Shown one piece after another: positions 24,665 through 35,542 of a stretch of 64,000 bases of DNA (position 1 is its first letter; every line of letters starts with the position of its first letter). This DNA comes from Paecilomyces variotii (Eukaryota). The position numbers and the translations under genes are program-made. The notes beneath the pieces were generated by a model. That model had not been told where the DNA came from. It worked only from the letters and a program-made list of their open reading frames with translations, and did no database searches. The stretch is from the NCBI GenBank assembly GCA_004022145.1, contig RCNU01000010.1; one strand, written 5' to 3'.

Positions 24665-27600
24665 ATGCATCCCGATCACCGACCAGAGCCTCTGAGGCTG
24701 GGCACATTGTCCCGTTCGCGCAGCGCAAGCACACCGAGCGATTTACATTTCTCGAAGAAGAGCGTGCTATCCCCGCCTCCAGTGGTGCCTAGCCCTGCAT
24801 ACGTTGCCGCTTCGGCCGCTATTCAAATCATCAGCGCAGGTGAGCACGATGCCGATCTGGACGGCGAAGAAGACGCAGGATTTAGCCAGTCTGTCTCTGT
24901 GACTCCTCCATCCCTGTCGCTGCTGAACGGATTCTTGGACCATATACTATTCAACATTCTGGCTGTATCCAAGTCAACGAGATTGAGCGCAATCCGGCCG
25001 GCCATCGCTGAGGTCCTAAAGCCTCGATTTGCCAAGGAAGTTATTGCTGCTGCTGACGACGAGCTCAGCGAATACATGAGCGGTGAAGATGATGAGGAAG
25101 AAGAGTTTGGCGGAAATCGCGAATCGCATGATTTCGACCTCGTCCGCTCGTGGAAACTGACCCGTCTACGCTGTATGGTCTATACACGTCTGGGGGACAT
25201 GGAAGAAGAAGATGAGGACGAATATATTGAGCGGGAAGGGCTCAACGACATGGACGCTGCGCACCAACGATTCTCAACCTATCTGGGAACTATCACACCA
25301 GCGGCAGCTATTTTCCTCACATCCATCATTGAGTATATCGGCGAGCAGGCCTTGCTTATCGCTGGAGAGACGGCTCGATCCCGCCTTTCCTCGAAACCCA
25401 GCAGCATACGTGATGGCCAGGTCGAGTCTAGAACCGGTCGTGACTATCAGCTCGTCGTCGAGGAGAACGACATGGAGAAACTGGCGCTAAACGCTACCCT
25501 AGGACGTCTATGGAGAACATGGAGGAAGCGCATTCGCACACCAGCTCTGGCTCGGACACTTTCTCGAGAATCCATGCTTCGCAGAGGCTTCTATACACCA
25601 TCCAGTGTCAACAGTAGGAAGAGCAGCGTGGCTACCATCGAGGAAGCCCAGATCCGCGAGTTCGCTACCCACCCATCAGCACAAGAACAGGAGAAAGTCG
25701 ATCCTGCTTCAATAGCTTTGCCGATGAGTGAAAACGATGTAACCGAAATCGAAATACCAGGACTAGCTGCCAACTTTGAAGATGAAATCCAGACAATGGA
25801 GGCAAGAGTGGCCCACAAGGTCAGGCCTCGCAGTTTGATGGTAGTTTCGTCGGTTGGTGGTGTATCAAGTCAATCATCTCCTGCTTCTGCCTCCCCTCGT
25901 GTTCGCTCCGCTGTGGAATTGAGCTTTGGCAGCCATAATCGAGGCTGGTCGCTACCGACGCCTACTAATCCATCTCGCCCGAACCGAACGCCCGACGAGC
26001 GTGACACTGGAGATGAATTTGTCACTCCTAGCGAAGAGAAACCACAATTGGAGACGATGTACGAGAACGATGAGAACACAGCGCCCACCGAACGGGACGG
26101 GGCTTCTGTCGAAGAAAAAAGTCTCTCCGAGGGACGCAAGTCATTAGAACATACAGTGTATGCACGTCCCGAAGAAGTAAATATCGACAAAGGTGTTCGC
26201 GCAAAATCGACGGAAGTGGCAGAACCTGTCGGTCAACCTACTAGTTGGTTCGATAGTCCATCGGCCGACGTCGGTACGGTGGAGCAGGAGGTTATCGAAG
26301 GGCAAGGGACGTGCGAGAAGCAAAACCTATCGTCGTCTGTGCAACGACCTAAGAGAAAATCAAGCAGGGAGGTTTCCGTTAAAGCCAGCAAGTCTACTCT
26401 GGTCCAGGAGCCTAGCGAGTCTATCATGCAAGATGCCGTTAACGAAGAGTCATCTTCGATGCAAGCCACCAACTCCTTGCGTGAATCCAACGCCGCATCC
26501 GCGCCACCAAACGTCAATCATAAGGAGACCAAAAAATATGCTCCGCAGAAACGGGAATCAAAGAATATCATAAATGCGACAGCTGCTAAATCAGATCACA
26601 AGCAAGTCAACGGTGGTACCGCTCCATTGTCCCCTACCCCGGAACTCACTGAGGTCCCAGAGTCACCCAAAAGACCTCCTCCCCGTCACGTCTCCCATTC
26701 TTCAGAGAGCATTAACAGGCTTGCTTCAGTTGCTGATGAGAGTGAGCGCTCTTCTCGGTCTCGCGCCCGATCACGGACGAATACTCGAGCTTCCAGTGGG
26801 AGTCGGCATCGCGACGAGCGCTCAAGTCCTGCGGTTGGAACGCCCTCTGAGAGAGCTGGCGTCCAGCGTATAGCAGGACCCCCTGCTCAGCGAGAATCGA
26901 GTAGACGGCGATCAGAAAGCGTCGGTCGTCCGGCTACTGCGAGCTCAACGACATCCAGCAAACTAAAGGGATTTATGGGCCGCTCTCAATCATCCCAGGG
27001 TTCAAATCGCTTGCGTAGTGCATCCCAAGCGAGTAGATCGTCCGAGAAAGCTGGTGACGTCGTGGACGAGGACAAGTCCGAATTGGATCAGCTTATCGAT
27101 AGCCAAGAGACTATACATTACACTCTCACACCTCGCAATATGAGGAAAATGGATGTGAGTATCTATAAACCCTTTTCTATAGATAGATGATACTGACCAT
27201 CTGAATAGGCGCCGGACACTCGGAAATTTGACGCACCACGGTCCAATACTCTGGAACTTGCTGAGTTCTTGAAGAACACGGCTCCTCCTGGAGAAGACCA
27301 GACCCGACCTAACATGAGGGTAGTCAACGGATTGCGGGCCAATCCGCCGGAAAAATCTGTGACTGCGAAATACAAACCGATTGAAATACCCATGTCAGCC
27401 TCTACTTCCGCAAAGGCACCCAATTCGAAGAATGTGCAGCCGCGAGATGCTCGATCAACGGTTCAATCGACTCGCGACTTTGCTGACTTTCTTCGCTCGA
27501 CTGGACCGCCCGGACAGCCAGTCAAGCCACATCTGGCGTCCGGCTCCGGCGCGCATGATGTGGAATCTAGAACACACACCCCTCTCTCACAGCAGCGTCC

Positions 27601-28645
27601 TGGTACGCAGTCGTCAAGACGGACCGGTCCTCGCCTGCAAGCGCGCCCAGCCACAGCCTCCAAAGAGGACCAGACATCCGATCTTATTGACTTCATACGA
27701 GAAGGACCTCCCACGGCAGGCGCTCGTCGTATACCTAGAACAGTGGCACCATTCAGAAATACAATGGATTCGGATGAGCTTCTGTCCCTCGGGCCTCGCG
27801 CTGACAAAGAAGCTACAGCAACGAGTTCCACTGGCAGCACCCGGAACAGTTCAATCAACGCTGCTTACTCTGACAACTCACGTACCGGTCTGATGGAGTC
27901 TGCAAACCGTGCGAATGTTAGGATAAGCCCAGCTGTCCAACAGTCTTCTTTGCCCAAGGGAAAGCCAAGTGGTTTCCCTTCTGAGGACGATGATATGCGC
28001 CCTGTGAGAAAACAGCGGAGAGTTCGCGATCCTTATGCCATCGATTCAGAAGACGAAGATGACCTGGAGGAGTTACTAGAGGGGCCCAAGGCAAAGCCCC
28101 AGCGCGAGGAAGAGAGCCTGCTGGATTTCTTACGGAGCGAACCTCCCCCGGACTTTGGTACTGATAGCGCCCCTCCGCAGCCGTTCATAATGAACGCTGG
28201 GCCGTCTAAGAGCTCCAGTGGTATGTCTGCTGCTTCTGCTATGAAAGCTCGCCTGTTGCGAAATGCCTCGCTAGACAGATTCCCGACCGCGAAACAAGCC
28301 AGGACCTCACTGCGTTCCCGGAGGCTCACCAATAGCACAGCCAACGCCGGACAAAACATTGTCCCACCGGTTTCAAGCTCCATACAGCAAGCACCATCAA
28401 ACACAGGCGCTCTCAACAGATCTATACCCGAGAAAAGTGACTATACAAACAAGGTTGACCGGGAACAGGGTAGCGGAATGGAATATCCCCCGCGTAGACA
28501 GACCGAGACCAGTGCATTGGCGGATTTCCTGAAAAATACCGGCCCTCCAGAGCCTCCTGCCTATCGAACATCGCCAACATTGGATGACGAGAAGTCTAGT
28601 TCGTTTACGAAATTGTTTACTCGTCGGAAGAAGATCGAGGTTTAA
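24665..28645 (+). CDS. Large (~1300 aa) protein with N-terminal histone-fold-like helices, low-complexity middle and C-terminal repeated motif
   Basis: Exons 24665-27154 and 27209-28645; the 54-nt intron (GTGAGT...CTGAC...ATAG) joins the 841-aa and 458-aa ORFs in frame. Confidence 0.85.
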
Positions 28646-30017
28646 CCTACCCGACTATAATTCTCACCCCTCGCTCATGGAAGTCGAAATTCGGGAGATT
28701 TCTGTACTTGCGGGATGTCATATCCTTCGATGCTTATTCCCCTTCTTTCACTTTATGATCCTGCTGTTAATTCTCGTGGGCGTCGATATGCGCCATCATT
28801 TTATGTTGATGTATCTGCTTCGCACCATATCTCTTCTATTCTATGGACCTCCTTTTTTCCCTCCATGGCCATGTCATTTCCAATTTTTGCTTTTGTTCAT
28901 TTCTGTCGATTTGGCCTGGCTTTCCTACATACCCTTCTCTTGTTGCGAGTGGATACCCCGAATACTCGACCTTCCCTTCATGTACAACTTTCTGTTGTGT
29001 CTTTAGCAGATTACCTTGGTCTTCTGTACCATTCACAGATAAATGACGATGGTGGATCTCCTATAAATGATCGTATGATCCTACGTGATTTCATATTCAA
29101 ATATCAGTATTTCATTCTACCAACCGCTTTTCAGGTTGTGAGCTCCGAACGAGCAATAATTGTGACTAGGCAATTCTGTAGGGGTATGCCAGCTCCCGGG
29201 GTATAGATCGGTTATTCCGAGTAACCTAGTGGAGTTTTTGCATGCTGTAAACGATGTGCTTTTTATCATACACGAGGAGGATATACGATATAAGGATGTA
29301 ATTTGCTAATTGACATTGTTAGAGAGACAGAAATTAAGAATAACCATGGTCACGAGCCGTCTCAGAAAATAATTTTACAACTAGAATATGAGGACCTGAG
29401 AAATCGAGGCCGAAAATGACCACCACTATTGAGGCCGTAAGTATACGGCCGCATTTCCACCCGTAACTCAGCATCGAGCCGCCGCTCTAAGTAGCGTGCT
29501 TTGCACCACACTCTTCTGGACCCGCCAAGTATATTATTTAGTCATAATGTAGGCGCTCAACTTCAGCGACGACTCTCTTGCTTCACGTTTCTTCCAGTTC
29601 ACGACCACCAGAGCGCCGCCGAAAATGGCCTCCTTTGCGGCCAAATCCAGCTAGCTCCCCTCCAGTTTCGACCGTGTCGGGCGCCATATAAAATGTCACT
29701 TCGTCCTCACTTCGTCCTCTTTCCCTTCGCTCCTCCCAAATCCCCAAGTCGATCGGATCGTAAATGGCTGCTAGCAGAGAGTCCCTTCTCCCTAATATTT
29801 GCATTTGAATATTGGAAGACCTCTGCTTAGAATCGGGTTCCTTTCTGTCTTATATTTCTCGTACAGATATGATAATATCGACTTGGTGACTGGGCACTTT
29901 ACAGCAGTTTTGAGCATTTTCATCAAACTGCTTAAACTTTTCAAGGCAGTTCAGAATCAATTCACAGTTAACTATAGTCAAGGAACTGCGGATGACAGCC
30001 TTCTAGGAAGAAGGGAC

Positions 30018-31505
30018 CTACCACGTGGCTGGGATATAATAATCCTCCCAGCGGTCGGACTCAGCATCTTTGAAAGTATCGATAGTACCTTCTACCCCAT
30101 CCGCCCCAATAGACCAGACGCCTTTTTCAACCAGTTTGCGCCAACAACCCAGCAAACGCTCCAGCCGCTGGGAGCGGTAGTAGTCACCGCCAAAAGGCTT
30201 ATATCCATGTTGAAAGAGCTCTGAAAAGCGTCCTCTATCAACAAGGGACCCATCGCTTTTTCGTGCGCCCACGCTCTTGTCCCAATCACTATTAAAGGTG
30301 AACGGGAGCAATAGCCGAAATCCCTCCTCGGCCACGTCACGGCCGTTTCTCTCCACTGCCTCAGTATACAGGCCTGCAGAGACGCGAGATGGGGTACAAG
30401 TTTCGGTGGACCTTGAATAGAAGTCCGGCAATAGAAATGGAGTTGTTGTTCTCGTGAGCTGGATAGGACGGTGGTCTCCGGTATCAGCGGGGAAAAGACA
30501 CACTGGCGGTGCGGTATACTTAGTCCGGGGTAATACGCTGAATGGCTGCGCTGCCGTAAATCCAGCCGAGTCAGCCGGTGGCAAGAGAAGGCCTGGAGCG
30601 ATGTAGCGGAACTGGGGCCGTCTCGCGCGCGTCAGAAACGCACGGGCAAATGAAGGGTTGGGCACTAAAGCAGCGTCCAGGACAGTTGATGCGACCAATA
30701 TTGATGGCTCTGGATTAATATTGTCTGCGTTAGAGCTGATCAGTGATAGTGGGTTTGGCAGCTGCGCCTCAATAGCCTGACACAATCGATCCCACTCGGC
30801 GACACACGTAGTAACTTGGGAATCGCTATAGGGCCGCCACTCCCAGGGCCCGATCTTCTCGATGTCAAATAAGGCTGGCTCTTTATGAGGCGAAGCCACA
30901 ACTTTTCCAATATGAATAAGGTCGATCCAATTGGTGAGGAGTGTCTCTAGTGGATTCCAAACGTGTGAATGAGCCTCGACTGGAAAGCCATAGCCATAGT
31001 CATCAAGATGCATGAAGGTCGCGACGCGGTGGAAGCCTTGGTGGTAGATGACCCCGCCACCATCTTCCTCGGCCGATAAGCTCGTTTCCACAGCGTATAA
31101 GCGCACCAGGCTGTCAACGGGCTGATCGTGAATATCAGCTGTAGATTCCTCAAAAAGTCTTTCTGGCCCATCGATACCCCATGCAAAAACAAAGAATGGG
31201 AGGTACTCGTGGGGATTATCATAAGGAAAAGGAGACACCATAGCGGTGTCAAGGAACGCCACCAGTGACGGATCAAGCCTTGGGCGACAAGCCTCAGCTT
31301 CAGCTTCATCACCGAAGGCCGTGAAAAAGTTGCTGTTGGTATTCAGAGTTGCTAGTGGGCGGCCTTCAGCGAGCCAGGCATATTGGATCAGGTAGTTGTG
31401 TAGAGCTGCACATCGTGCGTAGTCCATTCCTTCGAGATCATCTCGTGGAGGGTTATCTGGCCTGACAAGCAGACTGGTGATGTCCGGAAGTTGAGAAAGA
31501 TCCAT
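30018..31505 (-). CDS. Intronless hypothetical protein, putative tandem SUKH/SMI1-KNR4-like domains
   Basis: ATG at 31505 (MDLSQLPDITSLL...), ~495 aa open frame with an internal two-fold repeat. The CDS is well supported; the fold assignment is inference. Confidence 0.75.
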   Translation of the reverse strand: MDLSQLPDITSLLVRPDNPPRDDLEGMDYARCAALHNYLIQYAWLAEGRPLATLNTNSNFFTAFGDEAEAEACRPRLDPSLVAFLDTAMVSPFPYDNPHEYLPFFVFAWGIDGPERLFEESTADIHDQPVDSLVRLYAVETSLSAEEDGGGVIYHQGFHRVATFMHLDDYGYGFPVEAHSHVWNPLETLLTNWIDLIHIGKVVASPHKEPALFDIEKIGPWEWRPYSDSQVTTCVAEWDRLCQAIEAQLPNPLSLISSNADNINPEPSILVASTVLDAALVPNPSFARAFLTRARRPQFRYIAPGLLLPPADSAGFTAAQPFSVLPRTKYTAPPVCLFPADTGDHRPIQLTRTTTPFLLPDFYSRSTETCTPSRVSAGLYTEAVERNGRDVAEEGFRLLLPFTFNSDWDKSVGARKSDGSLVDRGRFSELFQHGYKPFGGDYYRSQRLERLLGCWRKLVEKGVWSIGADGVEGTIDTFKDAESDRWEDYYIPATW

Positions 31506-31787
31506 TGAGATGCAAATGGGGTGTGTGGCTGTCAAAGGGGATAATAATAATATCACAGCCGCTATTCAAAACACTGAGGACCAGACTAAACTAACCCGAT
31601 GTAGTAAATCACAGGTCCCAATATTAAGGTACCTAGGTACATGTCAAACTTTCTTAGCTGAATGGAAAAAGATCGCCTCGATAGAGGATAAAAGATTCTC
31701 GAAGTAGTAACTAAATCAGATAGACATGCCGGGATGATGGGAAATATTTCCATATCTACAAACGGCACACTAGTCCAGGCTCTACAG

Positions 31788-33268
31788 CTACTTCTTGAAG
31801 AAATTTGTAATACGCTGCGAGCCATCGACTGCCTTCTTTTCCGTCTCGTCTTTTCCAGCAGAGTGAGTTTTGGTTGTGCTTCGAGTTTTCCTTCCTGGAG
31901 TAGTTGTAGTTGTAGTCGAAGTGTTCGGAGGGGAAGCTGAAGCTTCTCTTTTCATGTCTGGGGATTTCGAGGAGTCCGTCTTTCGCGTCTTAGATGATCG
32001 TGGCGTACCTTTAACTTCATTATCAGGCGGATGTTCCCTCTTGATACCGGTAACTGGGATCGGAGCGTTGTCTTCTGTCCATTCATCGTCTTGGGTGACG
32101 CGTTGCTCGTCTTTATCGTGGACTATCTTCAGTTCAGTCTGATCTTCGACATGCTTCACAGGATGTTCATTGTCTTTAGGTTTCCCCTTCTCCGCATTGG
32201 CAAAGAAGTTGGCGATGCTTTTCTTGTTGTCTTTGCTGTTGATCGGGATCAGGAAATCAGGTGAGTTATTACCGACTTTTCCGACTTCTTTGGCAACGGG
32301 GTAGCATTCTAGCTCGCCTTGGTACGGCTTGAGGATGGATTGTAGCTCCTTTGACCATGTGGTGCGGGTAGGATCTAACCATGTTTTCATTTCAGGACTG
32401 TTGGGATCCAGTATCACTGGCATTCGGTCATGGAGGAATTTGAGGTATGAGTTGGAAGAAGTAGTGATAATTGTGTAGGTGTATAGCTTTTCATCTGATC
32501 CTGATATATGGAAGGCATGTTAGCAATCCAGATGCTGATGTTCAGAAAACACTAGAGCATCCAACTAAAAGACTTTAGAGAGGGAGGGGAGGTTAAAAGT
32601 CCAGCATACCTTCATAATTCACACAATCCCACAACCCAGCAAAATACATCAATTGCCCATCTTTACGCTTTACGAAATGCGGGATCTTCTCCTTACCACC
32701 AGGCCCCTTTTTCAGCCATTCATAGAAGCCCTGGCACACAACCACGCATCGTTTCCGCCTTTTCATCGACGTCCACATGCCTCTGTCTTCTACCAGAGAG
32801 TCGTCACGGCAATTGATCGTCCGCATCATTGAACCGTAGTCCGGTTGACGCTTTGTCCAAAAGGGAACCAGGCCCCATTTCATCGCCTGGAGTTTGTAAT
32901 GGATCTTTTTCTTCTTGCTGCCTTCTTCATTGGTGGTTTTCTCTTTTTCATCTCCCTGTCCATCCTCTCCTTCTTGCTCTGCTGCAGTTTCTAGTCCGTC
33001 CGCTACCTCTGGCTCCTGGCCGCCGTAGTCAGGCGTGTCGGCACGATAGACGACTCCATGATACCCAGGAGCGAAATTGTATGTTTCCCTTACAGCATCA
33101 TCATCTGGCGCTTCATCGACTTGCATCCCCTGCTCCTCGAGCTGTTGTCGGATGTAGGCCAGGCGCTGTTGACATACAAAGTCATGTTAGCGATGCTGTT
33201 GCAATTGAGAGTCTAACAGACCAGACCAGACATGAACGCACAACTCCTAAGGCATATCGTCCGCACAT
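31788..33268 (-). CDS. SRAP / HMCES (DUF159) abasic-site protecting protein
   Basis: Exons 33268-33242 (MCGRYALGV), 33165-32610, 32500-31788. Catalytic Cys2; YNFAPG, MKWGLVPFW, TINCR, GFYEW and HDRMPVIL motifs. Confidence 0.93.
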
Positions 33269-33596
33269 TTCATCAATATGAATTCGTTAATACTAAATAC
33301 TTATCACGCTCGAGATCCAGACGAATAGCTGCCATCGAAGAATAGCAACTTCGACGAGTCGCATGAGCTCCCCACGGGATCCGCCTCAAACGTCATAAAG
33401 TAGAGAGCGGGAGGAGCTTGGACCACCTGAGAGAAAAGCCGCGAAACAACCATCGGCGATCGTCTGGAGCTGTTGAAATAATCGTTCTCTCGGCTGGACG
33501 CAAATTCTTTCAAAGCGTCACCGCTAGCAGATATTGATTTTTGAGGAGCAATTAGTCCTTCGCGAGAGTGGTGAGATACGACATCTTCGAACCACG

Positions 33597-35021
33597 ATGC
33601 TCAGCAGAGCGCCGCGGCGCATAGGCGCCTTCCCACCACGATTACCTCTTCAATACCGACAATCCACGACTCGATCATTCCTGACCAACAGTCGACCTGG
33701 TGCTGGAATCAAAGACGGCCGGCCGCATGTCTCGCAGACACTGAACAGATACCCGCAGTCTCAGAATCGATCTCTCAGCTTCGCGCAGCGCATGAAGCTC
33801 GGCTTCCGGGAGGCTTCGAAAGGAATATGGCGCAAGAATCCGATCCTTCTCCCATTCGCCCTGCTATCAGTGGCTGGAGCGACTGCTTTCTTCGCATATG
33901 TCACCTACATTCGGCTCACGCGCATTGAACCAGTGTTCCACAAGTTCCCGCCGGAAGTGGCTGATGCCCTACGGACCGCGATCTACTATACGGAGATTGA
34001 TATGGACCCTCAGAGGGCGCTGGATTCATACAAATTGGCCCTCAGGACAGCATTAGCGCATGGGATGCACCCGTACTCAGACGAGGTGCTGGGTATTAGA
34101 CTTCAGGTCGCTCTTATGCTGGAAAAGGCCGGGCTGATTAAACAAGCGACTCAAGTTCTGGAGCGGACAAAGGCGGAAAGTTTGAAATGGGTTGACGAGG
34201 GACGGAAGAACAAAGCCATTGCCGACAAGGAACTTGCAGGGAAGACGGAAACCATTGAGATCAATGATCCTGAAGTGCTTGAAGAACAGCAGAAACAGAG
34301 AGATCTGGAGGAGTACGAGGAGCGACAACGGGACAAGACCCTCAAGAAGATCGTGGGAATGGGCATGAAACTCGCCGAGCTATATGCCGGTGACTATATG
34401 CAGGATGAAAAGAAGGCAGAAGCCGCTCAGATAGCTGCGGTAGAACTCTGCCTTAAGGAAATGAAACGCCGCCAGGATCTTGGTCTTCCCGTTGGAGGCG
34501 TGAACGAGGATAACGACGCCTGGCTGAACCTCTCGGAGATCGCTACGGCCCTAACCGAACTTGGGACGACATACATCAACCAGGAGAAGTACGAGCTCTC
34601 CATCCCGCTGTTCATGCAAGCGCTGGGCATGGTCAAGCAAGTCGATGGTGACGCAACAACCTGTAAACAAGTCGTTCTTTTGAACAATGTCGCGACTGCA
34701 ATGGCCGGACGAGCACAGCAGCCTATTCGCCCATCGAAAGAGAACCCCGTGACGCGTGAGCAGCTCATCGAATCGGCCAAGAAATGGGCTCAGATGGCAA
34801 TCGACGTCGCAGCCAAGGTCCAGCCGCCCGTGAGGGACGAGGATTGTGATGTCTCCTGCGTCGTGGCTACGTACAACCTGGGCGAGTTGGCGGAGTTGCA
34901 GGACAAGCGTGATCTAGCAGAAAAATACTACCAGGATGCAAAAGCATTGGCAAAGGGAATAGGGTTCGACGATGGAATCGATATGGCGGACACAGCTCTG
35001 AAGAGGATTGGAAAGAAATGA
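33597..35021 (+). CDS. Mitochondrial membrane-anchored TPR protein, Mgr3-like
   Basis: Arg-rich presequence MLSRAPRR..., one TM segment (ILLPFALLSVAGATAFFAYV), FPPEVADALRTAIYY and TPR-like helices (YNLGELAELQ). Confidence 0.7.
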   Translation: MLSRAPRRIGAFPPRLPLQYRQSTTRSFLTNSRPGAGIKDGRPHVSQTLNRYPQSQNRSLSFAQRMKLGFREASKGIWRKNPILLPFALLSVAGATAFFAYVTYIRLTRIEPVFHKFPPEVADALRTAIYYTEIDMDPQRALDSYKLALRTALAHGMHPYSDEVLGIRLQVALMLEKAGLIKQATQVLERTKAESLKWVDEGRKNKAIADKELAGKTETIEINDPEVLEEQQKQRDLEEYEERQRDKTLKKIVGMGMKLAELYAGDYMQDEKKAEAAQIAAVELCLKEMKRRQDLGLPVGGVNEDNDAWLNLSEIATALTELGTTYINQEKYELSIPLFMQALGMVKQVDGDATTCKQVVLLNNVATAMAGRAQQPIRPSKENPVTREQLIESAKKWAQMAIDVAAKVQPPVRDEDCDVSCVVATYNLGELAELQDKRDLAEKYYQDAKALAKGIGFDDGIDMADTALKRIGKK

Positions 35022-35542
35022 GTTGCTCTGGAACAATATATGTATGTACATGTACGAATAGCTGTGCAGACTTTTCTATTTTTCTTGTTCAGCTACCCTG
35101 GAAATAGAATCACGATTGGTAGCTCATATAATGATCTCATCTCTACATGTATTTACGAAGCAAATGCATGGCTCAAGAAATTCCTCTTTTTTGTGCAGCA
35201 CCCCTAACGTGCCCTATAACCCAATATCGTAAATAGACAAAGTAACGCCGAGGCGATCGCCCAAGGGCCTAGGAGACGATGAGAGTATGGAGGATATAAA
35301 ATTTTTGATGTCTTTTTTTTGTCTTGAATGGTATTAGAACATCACATGGCATCCTTTTCAAGATTCCAGACAATCGACTTTTTTCGTGAAGGAAAAAAAT
35401 TCGAATACACCCAGACATGTCAGGATATCCGACACCCGAAAAATTCTTGGGCCGGTCCAGAGTGTTTCATTGCTCATCGCTCATCCATCCCAACCATTCC
35501 TAAATCTCCTTTTGCCCTTTCATCCGCTGCGGTGATCGTCAT

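Noticed and set aside
28584-29206. Hydrophobic 140-aa and 163-aa ORFs after the histone-fold gene
   Set aside because: T-rich 3' UTR sequence gives Phe/Leu-rich translations; no canonical start context or family motif.
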